DNA of 64,000 bases from a virus: positions 22,072 to 86,071 of the IMG/VR virus record IMGVR_UViG_3300045988_179664, one strand, 5' to 3'. Of the stretch, positions 1 to 8,461 are shown one piece after another. The notes under the pieces were generated by a model. That model was not told the DNA's origin. It did no database searches and saw only the letters and a program-made list of their open reading frames with translations. Within the stretch, counting starts at the first letter, position 1. Each line of letters opens with the position of its first letter. The position numbers and the translations under genes were made by a program.

Positions 1-578
1 GGGATTCATTTCGAGCATCTGGTAGGTGAAGTCGTCGAGGTCAAGAATATCAAGACCCTGACGGAACTGGTTGTAGTAGAACTTTTTCATGCGGTCATCG
101 CGTGCATCCTTGTACTCGGCGTAATTCTGAAGCAGAATCTTATACGACGGCTCCGAAATATCGACCTTCACGAGATTTCCTGTCAGCTGAGGTCTGAGCT
201 CTTCCGGGTATTTTTTCAGGTCATTGTTCGTTACCGGCACAGCGTATCGAGATGCTGCATAGTTTACATAATATCCGCCGCGTTTATCATTGTAGATGTA
301 CAGGCGAGTACCATCTGTTAACTCACCTACGATACGGTCAATGAGTGTTTCAAGGTCCCGCGTAAACGGCACCCTCTTGTCAAGCATAGCTTTGACAGTA
401 GCAGTATCCCACTGTAAAAAGTTCTCGGATAATGCCCCGCTGTCCAGCACCTGTTTCTTGTAGGTGTCCTCGAATGTTTTGAGGGCATCAGGGCTGGTTT
501 TCAGCATTGCGGCAAGTTCTTCGTAGGAAAACGATTTATCTTCCATTTTGGTCATCATTTTACCAATTTTGGCAATCA
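1..578 (-). CDS. Hypothetical protein. The start codon is in the window (ATG at 578) and the gene continues past the window start.
   Basis: Translating the reverse complement of 1-578 gives MIAKIGKMMTKMEDKSFSYEELAAMLK... with no stop. There is a GGAGGA Shine-Dalgarno 8 nt upstream. It was not in the ORF track because it runs off the edge. Confidence 0.5.
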
Positions 579-605
579 TATTTTCGATTTCCTCCTTTTT
601 GGGAA

Positions 606-1631
606 TCAGGTGTTTGCAAAATTCGGATTCTTCCAAATCGACTTATTCCCGTAATAGACTTCGGGAATGTACTTGATGGGAATTCTGCGATTGTCTTCGA
701 GTTGCGAATCGTTGTTCGCGATAAACTCCTCGATGCGATTTTCTTCACTGCGCGGGGTGATGTTGCAAGTCGAGAAACCTCCACCGTACAGGATATCACT
801 GTTCATCATACCTTTGACCGGATACTTTACTTCGGTCGTTTTACCGTTGATGTTCAGGACAAGGCGAACGGTTTCGTATTGCTTAGCAAGTTCTACAAGA
901 AGCCTGAACATGATTTCCTGAGTGTTCGGACTATTGTACTTTCTCATATACTCTTCCGTCAACTCTTCCACCACAGCCAATGTAATCCCGTATAGGCGTC
1001 CAGACCGCCCGGAATTTGCCTTTTTGATTTTCTCCATCGTCCGTTCAGCCCAGCCGGTGGGATTAGCAAGATAATCCACTACCAGTTCATCAGCGTTTGT
1101 GGATGTCAGGCCAAAGCAAGACCCATTTCCAATCTCATCGACAATGCTGTCAATAGGGCTGCGATAATTCTTATGCCCATTTATTATGCGACAGAAAGCG
1201 TTCTGTCGTGCTATCTTGTCGTAATAACCGCCCTTGAGAATTTTCTTCTTGTCTTCTTCCATCACATTCTCTCGGAACATATCGAACAGCTTCTGTGCCA
1301 TTTCCTCTATGACAGAATCCGAGGTAAAAGAAGAACGGCAGAAAATCGTTTTGAAGTCCTGTGTTTCATTGACGGTTTTGGCATTGTCGACAACGAGGCA
1401 AAGGAAGCGTATCTCTTGGTTGAATGTTACGGGTTTCTTTTCCAAGGTTCCATAAAACCGCTGCCCGTACAAGGCATCTACCTTGTGCTCGCCATTGGCG
1501 AGCGGCACACGAATGAAACGGTAGTAGCGCCCGGACGGTTTTCCGGTATCGGGAATTGTGTTGCCTTCGAACACGGATGCGCCGGATTTGATAGCTTGCT
1601 CAAAATCCTCACGAGTTAAATTGATAGTCAT
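606..1631 (-). CDS. Hypothetical protein of about 341 aa with no recognisable domain. It is the last complete gene of the radical SAM operon.
   Basis: Long ORF. The start MTINLTREDF at 1631 is preferred because AGGAAG lies 7 nt upstream. The ORF-track start at 1682 has no RBS. Confidence 0.5.
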   Translation of the reverse strand: MTINLTREDFEQAIKSGASVFEGNTIPDTGKPSGRYYRFIRVPLANGEHKVDALYGQRFYGTLEKKPVTFNQEIRFLCLVVDNAKTVNETQDFKTIFCRSSFTSDSVIEEMAQKLFDMFRENVMEEDKKKILKGGYYDKIARQNAFCRIINGHKNYRSPIDSIVDEIGNGSCFGLTSTNADELVVDYLANPTGWAERTMEKIKKANSGRSGRLYGITLAVVEELTEEYMRKYNSPNTQEIMFRLLVELAKQYETVRLVLNINGKTTEVKYPVKGMMNSDILYGGGFSTCNITPRSEENRIEEFIANNDSQLEDNRRIPIKYIPEVYYGNKSIWKNPNFANT

Positions 1632-1660
1632 AATTTCTTCCTTTCTGTTTTTATTATTTT

Positions 1661-2425
1661 TTAGCTGTTTTCTTCGATGCACAATTTGCTGCTACGAATG
1701 TTTTCCAACCATTTTTCATCCATAACATTGCCAATACGATACTTCCTCTGGGATTCATAGGACCAGTCACAACCGACGACAACATCACCGATGGCATTCA
1801 GATACAGTTCTCCATCAGTGATATTGATTCCGGCTTCATTTCCCGGTTTACAATCTCTCTCATATTCAATCACAAGTTCCGAAACCATAGGTTCTCTCTT
1901 TAGAATCTGATTTGCGTTGATAGTTTTGGCACGGCCCTCGTTAATGAGATATTGCTTGCGAAAATCCGTTACTTTATCATTACGATTATATCTCAAGCCG
2001 CTAAGAATACTCGCACTTTCGCGGGGAATTTCTTCATGAAAATCATCACTGCTGATACAAAGACCACACGAATAGTCATCCTTGTCATCGCAATAATTCC
2101 ACCATTCGAGGCTCGCCAAAGCGAGTTCTACCATCTTATCGACGGCTTTCCCGTTGGTTACCATATAAAAACTCCCAACGGAAATGTTTCGCTCTCTTAC
2201 GGCGTTCAAAGTATAGCGGATAGCAGGAATATTCAAAGAAATTTCTCCACCCGTAAAGGTCAAGGAACTGATGTATCCTGCATTAGCAAAACTGTCAAGA
2301 AACGCATCGATATATCTTTCCTGAATATCGACCGCCTCCGCATCACCACGCAAACAATGCGCACAGCACATATTACAGCGACGCGTAACCTCGATTACCA
2401 CATTACAAGCGTTTGAAATATACAT
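1661..2425 (-). CDS. Radical SAM domain protein of unknown specificity.
   Basis: CNMCCAHC is a CxxxCxxC 4Fe-4S/SAM motif close to the N-terminus. It also has the FTGGE glycine-rich SAM motif and a VTNG motif. AAAGGAG lies 8 nt before the ATG at 2425. Confidence 0.75.
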   Translation of the reverse strand: MYISNACNVVIEVTRRCNMCCAHCLRGDAEAVDIQERYIDAFLDSFANAGYISSLTFTGGEISLNIPAIRYTLNAVRERNISVGSFYMVTNGKAVDKMVELALASLEWWNYCDDKDDYSCGLCISSDDFHEEIPRESASILSGLRYNRNDKVTDFRKQYLINEGRAKTINANQILKREPMVSELVIEYERDCKPGNEAGINITDGELYLNAIGDVVVGCDWSYESQRKYRIGNVMDEKWLENIRSSKLCIEENS

Positions 2426-2439
2426 CCTATTTACTCCTT

Positions 2440-2751
2440 TCACCAATTCTCATCCGTGAGACTTTCGTTGCGGTCTACGATAATATCCACATCCAGTGGT
2501 GCAACTTTAGCCAGACCGTAATTCAAGAAGAACGAGCCGGGAATGTCATCGACATCACCCCAGTTCCAGCAACCACAGTTGATTTCCAGATGGCGCTTGC
2601 CTTCGTCCGTCTTGAGATAATCTTTGATTGCGCCGCGCAGGACGCTTTCCGGGTCATGGATTTGCTCCGGATTATAGCTAAACTGAATCAGTGTGCATTC
2701 CACTGCACGGTCAACAACCTCATTAGCAACAATTGTAAAAACCTTTGTCAT
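2440..2751 (-). CDS. Hypothetical protein of 103 aa.
   Basis: ORF with GAGGAGG RBS 6 nt upstream of the ATG at 2751 (MTKVFTIVANE...). It is tightly packed between the radical SAM gene and the 151-aa gene. Confidence 0.45.
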   Translation of the reverse strand: MTKVFTIVANEVVDRAVECTLIQFSYNPEQIHDPESVLRGAIKDYLKTDEGKRHLEINCGCWNWGDVDDIPGSFFLNYGLAKVAPLDVDIIVDRNESLTDENW

Positions 2752-2773
2752 AGTAATCCTCCTCAATAAACAG

Positions 2774-3229
2774 TCAGGCACAACGAACGCGAATGACATT
2801 ATCATCATTCGACAAGCAAACAATCACGTCCACATCCGGTCCCTCTTTCTCAAGAGCACCTTCAAGGATTGGCTTGATTTTGTGCCATTGATTTTCTGTG
2901 ATTTTACAGCCGGGGCTCATAAGCAGAATATTTGCTTCGGCCAGCTTTGCTTTCATGACCACTTGTAGGAAACAACCGTATAGGTATCCGTAATTCACCT
3001 TGTTATTTTCAAGACAAATCATATCTGCTATTACGGTCCTTTTATTACCATAGCAGTTCACAACATGTCCCAAGCGATGCTCAGATTTGTCATACCGTAC
3101 CTTGGCATCCGGAAACATGCTTTCAATAGATTCGTTTTTGAAAACACCACTGCTATCACAAAAAACGCAAACGATATTTTTGCCGGGAAACTCCTGACTT
3201 GATAAACAGCTTTTTGTCTTTTTTATCAA
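2774..3229 (-). CDS. Hypothetical protein of about 151 aa. The start is uncertain.
   Basis: ORF MIKKTKSCLSS... The ORF-track start is a TTG with a poor RBS. A short out-of-frame ATG-AAG-AAA-AAT-TGA lies just upstream. This is the first gene after class-2 promoter A. Confidence 0.45.
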   Translation of the reverse strand: MIKKTKSCLSSQEFPGKNIVCVFCDSSGVFKNESIESMFPDAKVRYDKSEHRLGHVVNCYGNKRTVIADMICLENNKVNYGYLYGCFLQVVMKAKLAEANILLMSPGCKITENQWHKIKPILEGALEKEGPDVDVIVCLSNDDNVIRVRCA

Positions 3230-3256
3230 TTTTTCTTCATCATCCTTTCGGCGATA

Positions 3257-3294
3257 ACAAAAAATACCGCCACCTCTTACGAGATAGCGGTATG
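3257..3294 (-). terminator. Terminator-like hairpin (ATACCGC-N16-GCGGTAT followed by T6) between promoter A and the first gene.
   Basis: A 7-bp stem followed by TTTTTTGTTAT on the minus strand. It may be an attenuator or a weak terminator. Confidence 0.35.
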
Positions 3295-3337
3295 TTGATT
3301 TTGAATTGTAATTGTATTTTATCTATCGAATATACTT

Positions 3338-3365
3338 AGTATATCGATTTTGCAGCAATTTGCAA
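3338..3365 (-). promoter_or_regulatory. Class-2 promoter A. It has -35 TTGCAA, a 16-nt spacer ATTGCTGCAAAATCGA and -10 TATACT.
   Basis: The minus-strand reading is gctgcgcTTGCAAattgctgcaaaatcgaTATACT. It is one of six near-identical elements. Confidence 0.55.
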
Positions 3366-3421
3366 GCGCAGCTATTTAGTGGCGTTTCAACTTTTCCGGG
3401 GGTTTTACTTTTTCGCTTTAC

Positions 3422-4219
3422 TTACAGCAAACTCATCTCTGCACGATACGCATCGGCATCGTAGCCCCAGATATTACAAGCAAAATCGATTGCTGCGTTA
3501 CCTTTGCTGGGATAACCGTCGTCAACAAAATCTCCTTTGCAAAGCGCATACCAGCCACAATTACTTCCGATATCCTCATCCGCATATTTTACACGAATAT
3601 TGGCGTGTGGGAATTTACGGCTCAGTTCGACAATGGCGCATGCAGGTGTATTCCAAGGGGTTTTAAAATTGATGGCAATTTCCGTATCATTTATTCTACG
3701 GATATTCACATCAAAAACATCCCACTTTACGCCCCAGTTTGCGACACGCCAATAATACCATGAAGCATATCCATATTTTACGGCATTTTCCAAAGCACGC
3801 TCCGCTACAGTATCGAACTCTTCGACATTATAGGGGATACGTTTCAGGTTGATGAGTTTGCTATCTTTCACGTGTTCCAGTTTGGAGCGAGCTTCCGCAG
3901 CTTCCTTGCAAACACCAACCATATCTGATGCAGTAAGTTTTTCCTTCCTGTGCAGGAGAAAAGTTTCTCTGCAAATAGCCTTTCTTACGTTTTCCGGATA
4001 CTTCTCCGGGTCAATTCCGTATTTATTTACGGCCGCCCATGCGAGCATCCTGTCACATGGCGATACGATTTGCAGTGATTCCGGCATAGGAACAACAGAC
4101 TGAAGCGAAAAATCTTTTTCGCCATCATCGTCTTTTCCCTTGACACGATTCAGAAAATCCTCCAACTCTGCCTGAGAATTGAAAGAAACAGACATGATAT
4201 TCATGATATTGTTTGCCAT
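3422..4219 (-). CDS. Conserved hypothetical protein of 265 aa with a WYYWRVANWGVKWD motif. It may belong to a family associated with plasmids or conjugative-element leading regions, but the family was not confidently recognised.
   Basis: ORF with AAAGGAG RBS 7 nt upstream. The tryptophan-rich motif and a Cys/His cluster (CGWYALC) suggest a conserved fold. Confidence 0.55.
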   Translation of the reverse strand: MANNIMNIMSVSFNSQAELEDFLNRVKGKDDDGEKDFSLQSVVPMPESLQIVSPCDRMLAWAAVNKYGIDPEKYPENVRKAICRETFLLHRKEKLTASDMVGVCKEAAEARSKLEHVKDSKLINLKRIPYNVEEFDTVAERALENAVKYGYASWYYWRVANWGVKWDVFDVNIRRINDTEIAINFKTPWNTPACAIVELSRKFPHANIRVKYADEDIGSNCGWYALCKGDFVDDGYPSKGNAAIDFACNIWGYDADAYRAEMSLL

Positions 4220-4236
4220 TTATTTTCTCCTTTGTC

Positions 4237-4416
4237 TTACGCGGGTACGCGTACGCAAGAATAGTGGCAAGCTCCACAATTCAGGAACTTTGCCCGCTTC
4301 ATCGCCTCATCCAAGCTGAACCGCGTCGCTTCGTTAATGTTGGCAGTATCACTCTTACACTCTACGTAAAAACGCACATCTCCAAAAAACGGGTCTTTAC
4401 GGCTTAGCGCATACAT
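4237..4416 (-). CDS. Small hypothetical protein of about 59 aa (MYALSRKDPFFGDVRFYVECK...).
   Basis: GGAGG lies 8 nt upstream of the ATG at 4416. A truncated paralogous copy lies at 4964-4999. Confidence 0.4.
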   Translation of the reverse strand: MYALSRKDPFFGDVRFYVECKSDTANINEATRFSLDEAMKRAKFLNCGACHYSCVRVPA

Positions 4417-4440
4417 ATTTTCCAAAATAAGTCCTCCTCA

Positions 4441-4520
4441 AATATATTTCTCTCAGAACTTCTCGAATTCCTCGCTCGGCATCTGTGCTTTCGCTTCATC
4501 CAGCAGTCTTTTGTAGGAAT
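4441..4520 (-). pseudogene. Remnant that matches only the 3-prime end of the 246-aa gene at 5012-5752. It encodes ...DSYKRLLDEAKAQMPSEEFEKF then a stop.
   Basis: About 85 percent DNA identity to 5012-5090. No start codon and no upstream coding partner. It lies inside the 4318-4513 / 4936-5109 direct repeat. Confidence 0.4.
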
Positions 4521-4552
4521 CGCTGGAAACATTTCCTTTCTATTTATTTTCG

Positions 4553-4894
4553 TCAAATGATAACGGCTTCCAATGCTACAGCACCAGACCCGATTTCATC
4601 AGCAACTTTTGATGCTGTTGCAAAATCGTTGTGAGCATACGGTCCTTGCGAATCCATATAAGTGACTCGGTAGGCATAATCTGGCTCAAATGATGGGCTT
4701 ACAATAATGTAAATACCAGTGTTTAACTGATATGTGATGGCATCAGCTTTTTCGATTTGAGCGATGATTTCCTTTCGACGCTTAGCTTCCGACTGCAAGT
4801 ATTCAGATGCTGCCTCTTTAATAGGGTCACAAAGGAAAATATCGTCTGGATTACCCGTAATCGGGGGTAGGTCACCCGGATAATAGGATATCAT
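4553..4894 (-). CDS. Hypothetical protein of 113 aa.
   Basis: ORF with AAGGAG RBS 8 nt upstream of the ATG at 4894. Confidence 0.45.
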   Translation of the reverse strand: MISYYPGDLPPITGNPDDIFLCDPIKEAASEYLQSEAKRRKEIIAQIEKADAITYQLNTGIYIIVSPSFEPDYAYRVTYMDSQGPYAHNDFATASKVADEIGSGAVALEAVII

Positions 4895-4963
4895 GCTTTC
4901 ATCTCCTTCTTTTTGTCTTCAGCGATGACTTTTTGGAACACGTTAATGTTGGTGGTATCGCTC

Positions 4964-4999
4964 TTACGCTTTACGGCTCAACACATACATATTTTCCAT
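4964..4999 (-). pseudogene. Truncated copy of the small 4237-4416 gene. It reads MENMYVLSRKA then a stop.
   Basis: GGAGGA RBS followed by a start codon as in copy 1. A deletion of about 30 nt relative to 4350-4385 creates a premature stop. Confidence 0.35.
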
Positions 5000-5011
5000 A
5001 ATAAGTCCTCC

Positions 5012-5752
5012 TCAAATGTACCTCTCCCAGAACTTTTCGAATTCCTCGCTCGGCATCTGTGCTTCTGTTTCATCCAACAGTCTTTCGTAAGAATCACTGG
5101 AAACATCGGTGCCAATAAAATCGGCAACGGCATCATGACCGCGCTGCATCAAAGCGTCTTTCAGAATCGCCCAACGGCATTCGTGAATGGCATCATCCAG
5201 CGTTTTGTTGCCATCAGGCTGCCAATACTCGCCTGTCTGCTGAATTCTATAAAACTCATCCAGCGCATCATCAACATTGTTTTCGAGAAGAATATCGTCA
5301 ATAAAATTGACAGGATAATCCTTGCCGTTGATTTTCACTTCTGCATAACTGAAACAGTCGTCGTCACACGGCATTGCTGCGCATGTGACATCGAAAATTT
5401 CGTGCGTTTCCTTGTTTACCTTGCAAGGCAACTGGAATGTTGCTCCGGACTCGAAGTAAGAAAAGACGACCGCTTCCTCAACATCGTTGTCGGGGCACTT
5501 TGCAGACTGGATAAATTCCGGCATGGACAGCACATCAATACTCTCCCTTCGGTCACCCATGGCAGGATAAACCTTCATGATTGTATAACCATCATGCTGC
5601 AGCTTTCGGATAGCACGGCACAGGTCGAGATGCATTTCATGAAGACTGATGCCACTGCCTCGTCCGTCTTTTTTGGTATAGATTTCGACAACTACATCTT
5701 CAGAGGTGGTCTGAACAACATAATAAGTCTTATCATTACAAATCTTAAACAT
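5012..5752 (-). CDS. Hypothetical protein of about 246 aa (MFKICNDKTYYVVQ...).
   Basis: ORF with GGGAG RBS before the ATG at 5752. Its last 25 codons are duplicated at 4441-4520. Confidence 0.5.
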   Translation of the reverse strand: MFKICNDKTYYVVQTTSEDVVVEIYTKKDGRGSGISLHEMHLDLCRAIRKLQHDGYTIMKVYPAMGDRRESIDVLSMPEFIQSAKCPDNDVEEAVVFSYFESGATFQLPCKVNKETHEIFDVTCAAMPCDDDCFSYAEVKINGKDYPVNFIDDILLENNVDDALDEFYRIQQTGEYWQPDGNKTLDDAIHECRWAILKDALMQRGHDAVADFIGTDVSSDSYERLLDETEAQMPSEEFEKFWERYI

Positions 5753-5773
5753 AGCACTTATCTCCCTTCTCAA

Positions 5774-5971
5774 TCAAACAAAAGCCAGAAAATCGTTGGC
5801 CGGAATCTGTCGCTGGGCATCGTAAGCGGTGCCGTAGACATCATCACCCCAACTGATTTGCACATCCTTCGTCCACAGAGCAAGCTCAGACATTTTTGCT
5901 GCCACGGCTTTTGCGGAGCTGCAGATATACTTCTTGACGGCGTTGTTTTCTTTTACGTTAATTGTAAACAT
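5774..5971 (-). CDS. Small hypothetical protein of 65 aa.
   Basis: AAGGAGG RBS 8 nt upstream of the ATG at 5971. It is the first gene after promoter D and the terminator hairpin. Confidence 0.35.
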   Translation of the reverse strand: MFTINVKENNAVKKYICSSAKAVAAKMSELALWTKDVQISWGDDVYGTAYDAQRQIPANDFLAFV

Positions 5972-5993
5972 TTCAATTTCCTCCTTAACACAA

Positions 5994-6026
5994 CAAAAAA
6001 AACAGCCATCTCGATTGAGATGGCTG
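5994..6026 (-). terminator. Strong rho-independent terminator (CAGCCATCTC-AATC-GAGATGGCTG followed by T8).
   Basis: A perfect 10-bp GC-rich stem and T8 on the minus strand. It lies between the 73-aa gene and promoter D upstream, and the RBS of the 65-aa gene downstream. Confidence 0.6.
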
Positions 6027-6090
6027 CACGAACAGATTTTGAACTAAAACAAGTCAAGGAATTGATACTTTGATTTATCTTAGTTCCTTA

Positions 6091-6118
6091 ATTATATCTA
6101 CTTTGCAGCAATTGACAA
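6091..6118 (-). promoter_or_regulatory. Class-2 promoter D. It has -35 TTGTCA, spacer ATTGCTGCAAAGTAGA and -10 TATAAT.
   Basis: Member of the six-copy motif family. Confidence 0.5.
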
Positions 6119-6148
6119 GATAGCCACAACAGGAATGCAACATCGTAT

Positions 6149-6370
6149 TCACGGTACTTTTTCAACGACATCTTCACCGTAAACCACGAACAGACCAGAG
6201 CCGTTATCCCAGCGAACCATGATACTGCCGGTATCGTCTATACCTGAAACTGTGCCGAGTGTTCCAATAGGTGGAGCCTGAATATCATCCATTTTCAGCA
6301 GTTTCACGCGTGTTCCGGCTGGATATTCGGCACGGAGCGCAGCGACGATTTCTCGATTTGGGAAAGTCAT
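6149..6370 (-). CDS. Small hypothetical protein of 73 aa.
   Basis: ORF within the operon. Resembles small conserved proteins of Firmicute mobile elements, but no confident family assignment. Confidence 0.4.
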   Translation of the reverse strand: MTFPNREIVAALRAEYPAGTRVKLLKMDDIQAPPIGTLGTVSGIDDTGSIMVRWDNGSGLFVVYGEDVVEKVP

Positions 6371-6386
6371 AAATGTACCTCGCTTC

Positions 6387-6935
6387 TTAATATGTCACGG
6401 TGTCAAAGAACTCCTGACATTCCTCATCGTTCAACACAACGCCAAAGTACGCAACACGCTCGACGGTGGTTTCCCACACCTTAACGGTACGCGTCATAGG
6501 CTGAACGACCCACGAATGCTGTCGCCAAAGGCCATCTTCACTTAAAGCGTACCCGGTTGCAATCTGACATCTGCCACGATTTGCATCCCACAGATAAGCA
6601 GCGTTCTGATGGCAACGACAATCTTCGCCCTTCTTCATATACTTGGAACCATAGAAGAACTGTCCTCGTTCCAGAACTTTTTCCGCATCCTCATCACGGG
6701 TATTGAGCAAAACCTCATCACCGCCGAAAGTTAAAATTCTATCACGCAGAGCACGCAAAGTCTTTTTCATTTCGTTTGTGAGCCAAGGCGCGGTGGCGTC
6801 CTCGTTGTACAGCTGCATTGCCTCTACTCGTTTTTTCCATTCCTTATCCATTGGATTCCAGCGGACAGGGTTCGCAACCATATCAGGAGAGGTCATGGGC
6901 GTTTTGGCATTCCAACTAAATTTCTTATTTGCCAT
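6387..6935 (-). CDS. Hypothetical protein of about 182 aa (MANKKFSWNAK...).
   Basis: AAAGGAG RBS 7 nt before the ATG at 6935. Confidence 0.5.
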   Translation of the reverse strand: MANKKFSWNAKTPMTSPDMVANPVRWNPMDKEWKKRVEAMQLYNEDATAPWLTNEMKKTLRALRDRILTFGGDEVLLNTRDEDAEKVLERGQFFYGSKYMKKGEDCRCHQNAAYLWDANRGRCQIATGYALSEDGLWRQHSWVVQPMTRTVKVWETTVERVAYFGVVLNDEECQEFFDTVTY

Positions 6936-6994
6936 TATAATACTCCTTTTCAACAAAACCGCTTACCTTTTTCAGGTAAGCGGTTATATTTTGA

Positions 6995-7646
6995 TTATGC
7001 GAGCATGGGATATATTTCTTTCTTTACCGCCCTCATAAGAGCGGCAGCATGTGCGGCGTTTTGTGCATTGCCAACACCTGCGCGAGATATTTTTGGATTC
7101 ACACGCTCAATGAAATTTTTCTTATACGGGGCAGAAATGCTCCTTGCAGCATCGATAATTTGTTTCATGTTTTCAGCGTCGATTTTTTGCTGAACGCATA
7201 ATTTTTGTAACCGTGTGCAAAAAGCGTCTTTGTTGTCCCGTACAGAAGTAGAATGATTTTTTGTTTCTTTATGTGGGATGACTGCCTCACAGGCTATCCG
7301 TTTAACGCTTAACCCTTTACTGCACATGGTCTGAATAAGCCCGTCATATCCCTTGTCTGCCGACACGATGATATAATTGCTTTTCTTTCCTGTTGTGCAA
7401 AGACTACCAAGTTTAGCAACAACGTGGAAATCCATGCTGTTTTTCCCTGCATTAGAGACGCAAAACTCTACTTGGTTGACTGGGTACTTTGCCAGAAAAA
7501 CCTGCAATTCTTTAAGTGACATGTATGTGGCTTCCGGACCGATGAAGATAATCAGCTTGTCCTTTTTGGTTTTAAAATGCACTACATTTAGCCATTTCTT
7601 TTGGACATTCTCGGTATCTATTAGCCAAACGGTTCGAGTGCAGCTC
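6995..7646 (-). CDS. NYN/LabA-like (PIN-related) domain protein. It is a putative nuclease.
   Basis: The WLIDTENV ... IIVSADKGYDGLIQ motifs resemble NYN-domain acidic motifs. The start is probably a GTG near 7646. The ORF-track start at 7705 overlaps the upstream gene by 50 nt. Confidence 0.5.
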
Positions 7647-7653
7647 ACACATT

Positions 7654-7950
7654 TCACCCCCACACTTCGGTGACTTTTCTGGGGATTCCGTGCTTGTCGA
7701 TACACTGCCGGTAAATTGTAAACTTACTGTTCGGGTGCGCCTTCATATAGTCAGCGCGTGCCGCGTCCGTGTTCGCAATCAGCAAATTTTTATCGGCAAT
7801 AAGAACGCTTTCCCATCCGGAATCGAGAAGCGTACTGGCAACATCTTTGAAAGATACGTCTGCAGGCGTATCGCACTTACAAACCCCTCGTGCGATAGGA
7901 TGCGCAGTGGCAATGATTTTTGCTGCCGTCATCACAGTCTCGTAACTCAT
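7654..7950 (-). CDS. Hypothetical protein of 98 aa.
   Basis: ORF in the operon. Confidence 0.4.
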   Translation of the reverse strand: MSYETVMTAAKIIATAHPIARGVCKCDTPADVSFKDVASTLLDSGWESVLIADKNLLIANTDAARADYMKAHPNSKFTIYRQCIDKHGIPRKVTEVWG

Positions 7951-7962
7951 AGTGTCCTCCTA

Positions 7963-8220
7963 TCATGCCACCTCGGAATACTTTTCGACATCGCTGTTGA
8001 TAGAACGCGCAGGAACACCCTTGGTCTTCTCACTGTAGTAGCCACGCTTTTTCAGCGTGTTCTTAACAATAGAAATGCTCTTGTCGCTGCGCATGGTACG
8101 CTTTCTCTTTTCGATGCGTGCAGAACGAATGCGCTTTTCGTACTTCTGCATACGCACAACATCCATGATGATAGGAGCAGTAGTCTCCGCGATATACTCA
8201 TTAAAAGTTTTCATATTCAC
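7963..8220 (-). CDS. Hypothetical protein of about 85 aa. The start is either the ATG at 8214 or the GTG at 8220.
   Basis: GGAGGA RBS upstream. It is the first gene after promoter B. Confidence 0.4.
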   Translation of the reverse strand: MNMKTFNEYIAETTAPIIMDVVRMQKYEKRIRSARIEKRKRTMRSDKSISIVKNTLKKRGYYSEKTKGVPARSINSDVEKYSEVA

Positions 8221-8249
8221 ATATCCTCCGTAATATATTATTTTTCTAA

Positions 8250-8284
8250 ATAAAAAAGGCAGCTATTTTTTCAAAAATAGCTAC
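8250..8284 (-). terminator. Terminator-like leader hairpin (GGTAGCTATTTTT / AAAAATAGCTGCC followed by T6).
   Basis: A 13-bp stem with one wobble pair and a T-run on the minus strand. It lies between promoter B and gene 7963-8220. Confidence 0.4.
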
Positions 8285-8377
8285 CTTTAGTACATTGTGA
8301 TTGGCGATAATTCAATCACGCACGCCCATAAAACTCTGGTGCGATGCATTGTGTGATTTTATTTATCGGATAACTAT

Positions 8378-8405
8378 ATATTATTAACTTTGCAGCAATT
8401 TGCAA
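8378..8405 (-). promoter_or_regulatory. Class-2 promoter B. It has -35 TTGCAA, spacer ATTGCTGCAAAGTTAA and -10 TAATAT.
   Basis: Identical -35 and spacer core to promoter A. Confidence 0.55.
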
Positions 8406-8420
8406 GCGCAGCATACAATA

Positions 8421-8452
8421 AAAAGCGCCTCCCGTATTACGGGGAAGCGCCT
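8421..8452 (-). terminator. Rho-independent terminator of the 9808-8462 operon.
   Basis: Imperfect GC-rich hairpin GGCGCTTCCCCG...CGGGAGGCGC followed by TTTTT on the minus strand, immediately after the stop at 8462. Confidence 0.5.
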
Positions 8453-8461
8453 TAGTGTTAT

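Larger units (their letters stand above)
4318..5109. repeat. Direct repeat of about 190 bp (4318-4513 and 4936-5109, about 85 percent identity) spanning the 3-prime end of a 246-aa-type gene and the 5-prime part of the small downstream gene.
   Basis: Aligned by eye. Copy 2 has a deletion of about 30 nt relative to 4350-4385. Confidence 0.6.

Noticed and set aside
507-995. Plus-strand ORFs listed in the track opposite minus-strand genes. Examples are 507-995, 4913-6073, 7690-8253, 13099-14301, 14271-15059, 24179-25198, 31215-32255 and 32962-34377.
   Set aside because: Each overlaps a well-supported minus-strand gene (SecY, ParM, flotillin and others) and lacks an RBS. The coding strand is consistently minus.
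7600-7660. GGTTCGAGTGC, a tRNA T-loop-like string.
   Set aside because: It lies inside a coding region with no acceptor-stem or anticodon-arm context. No tRNA, rRNA or CRISPR repeats were found anywhere in the window.
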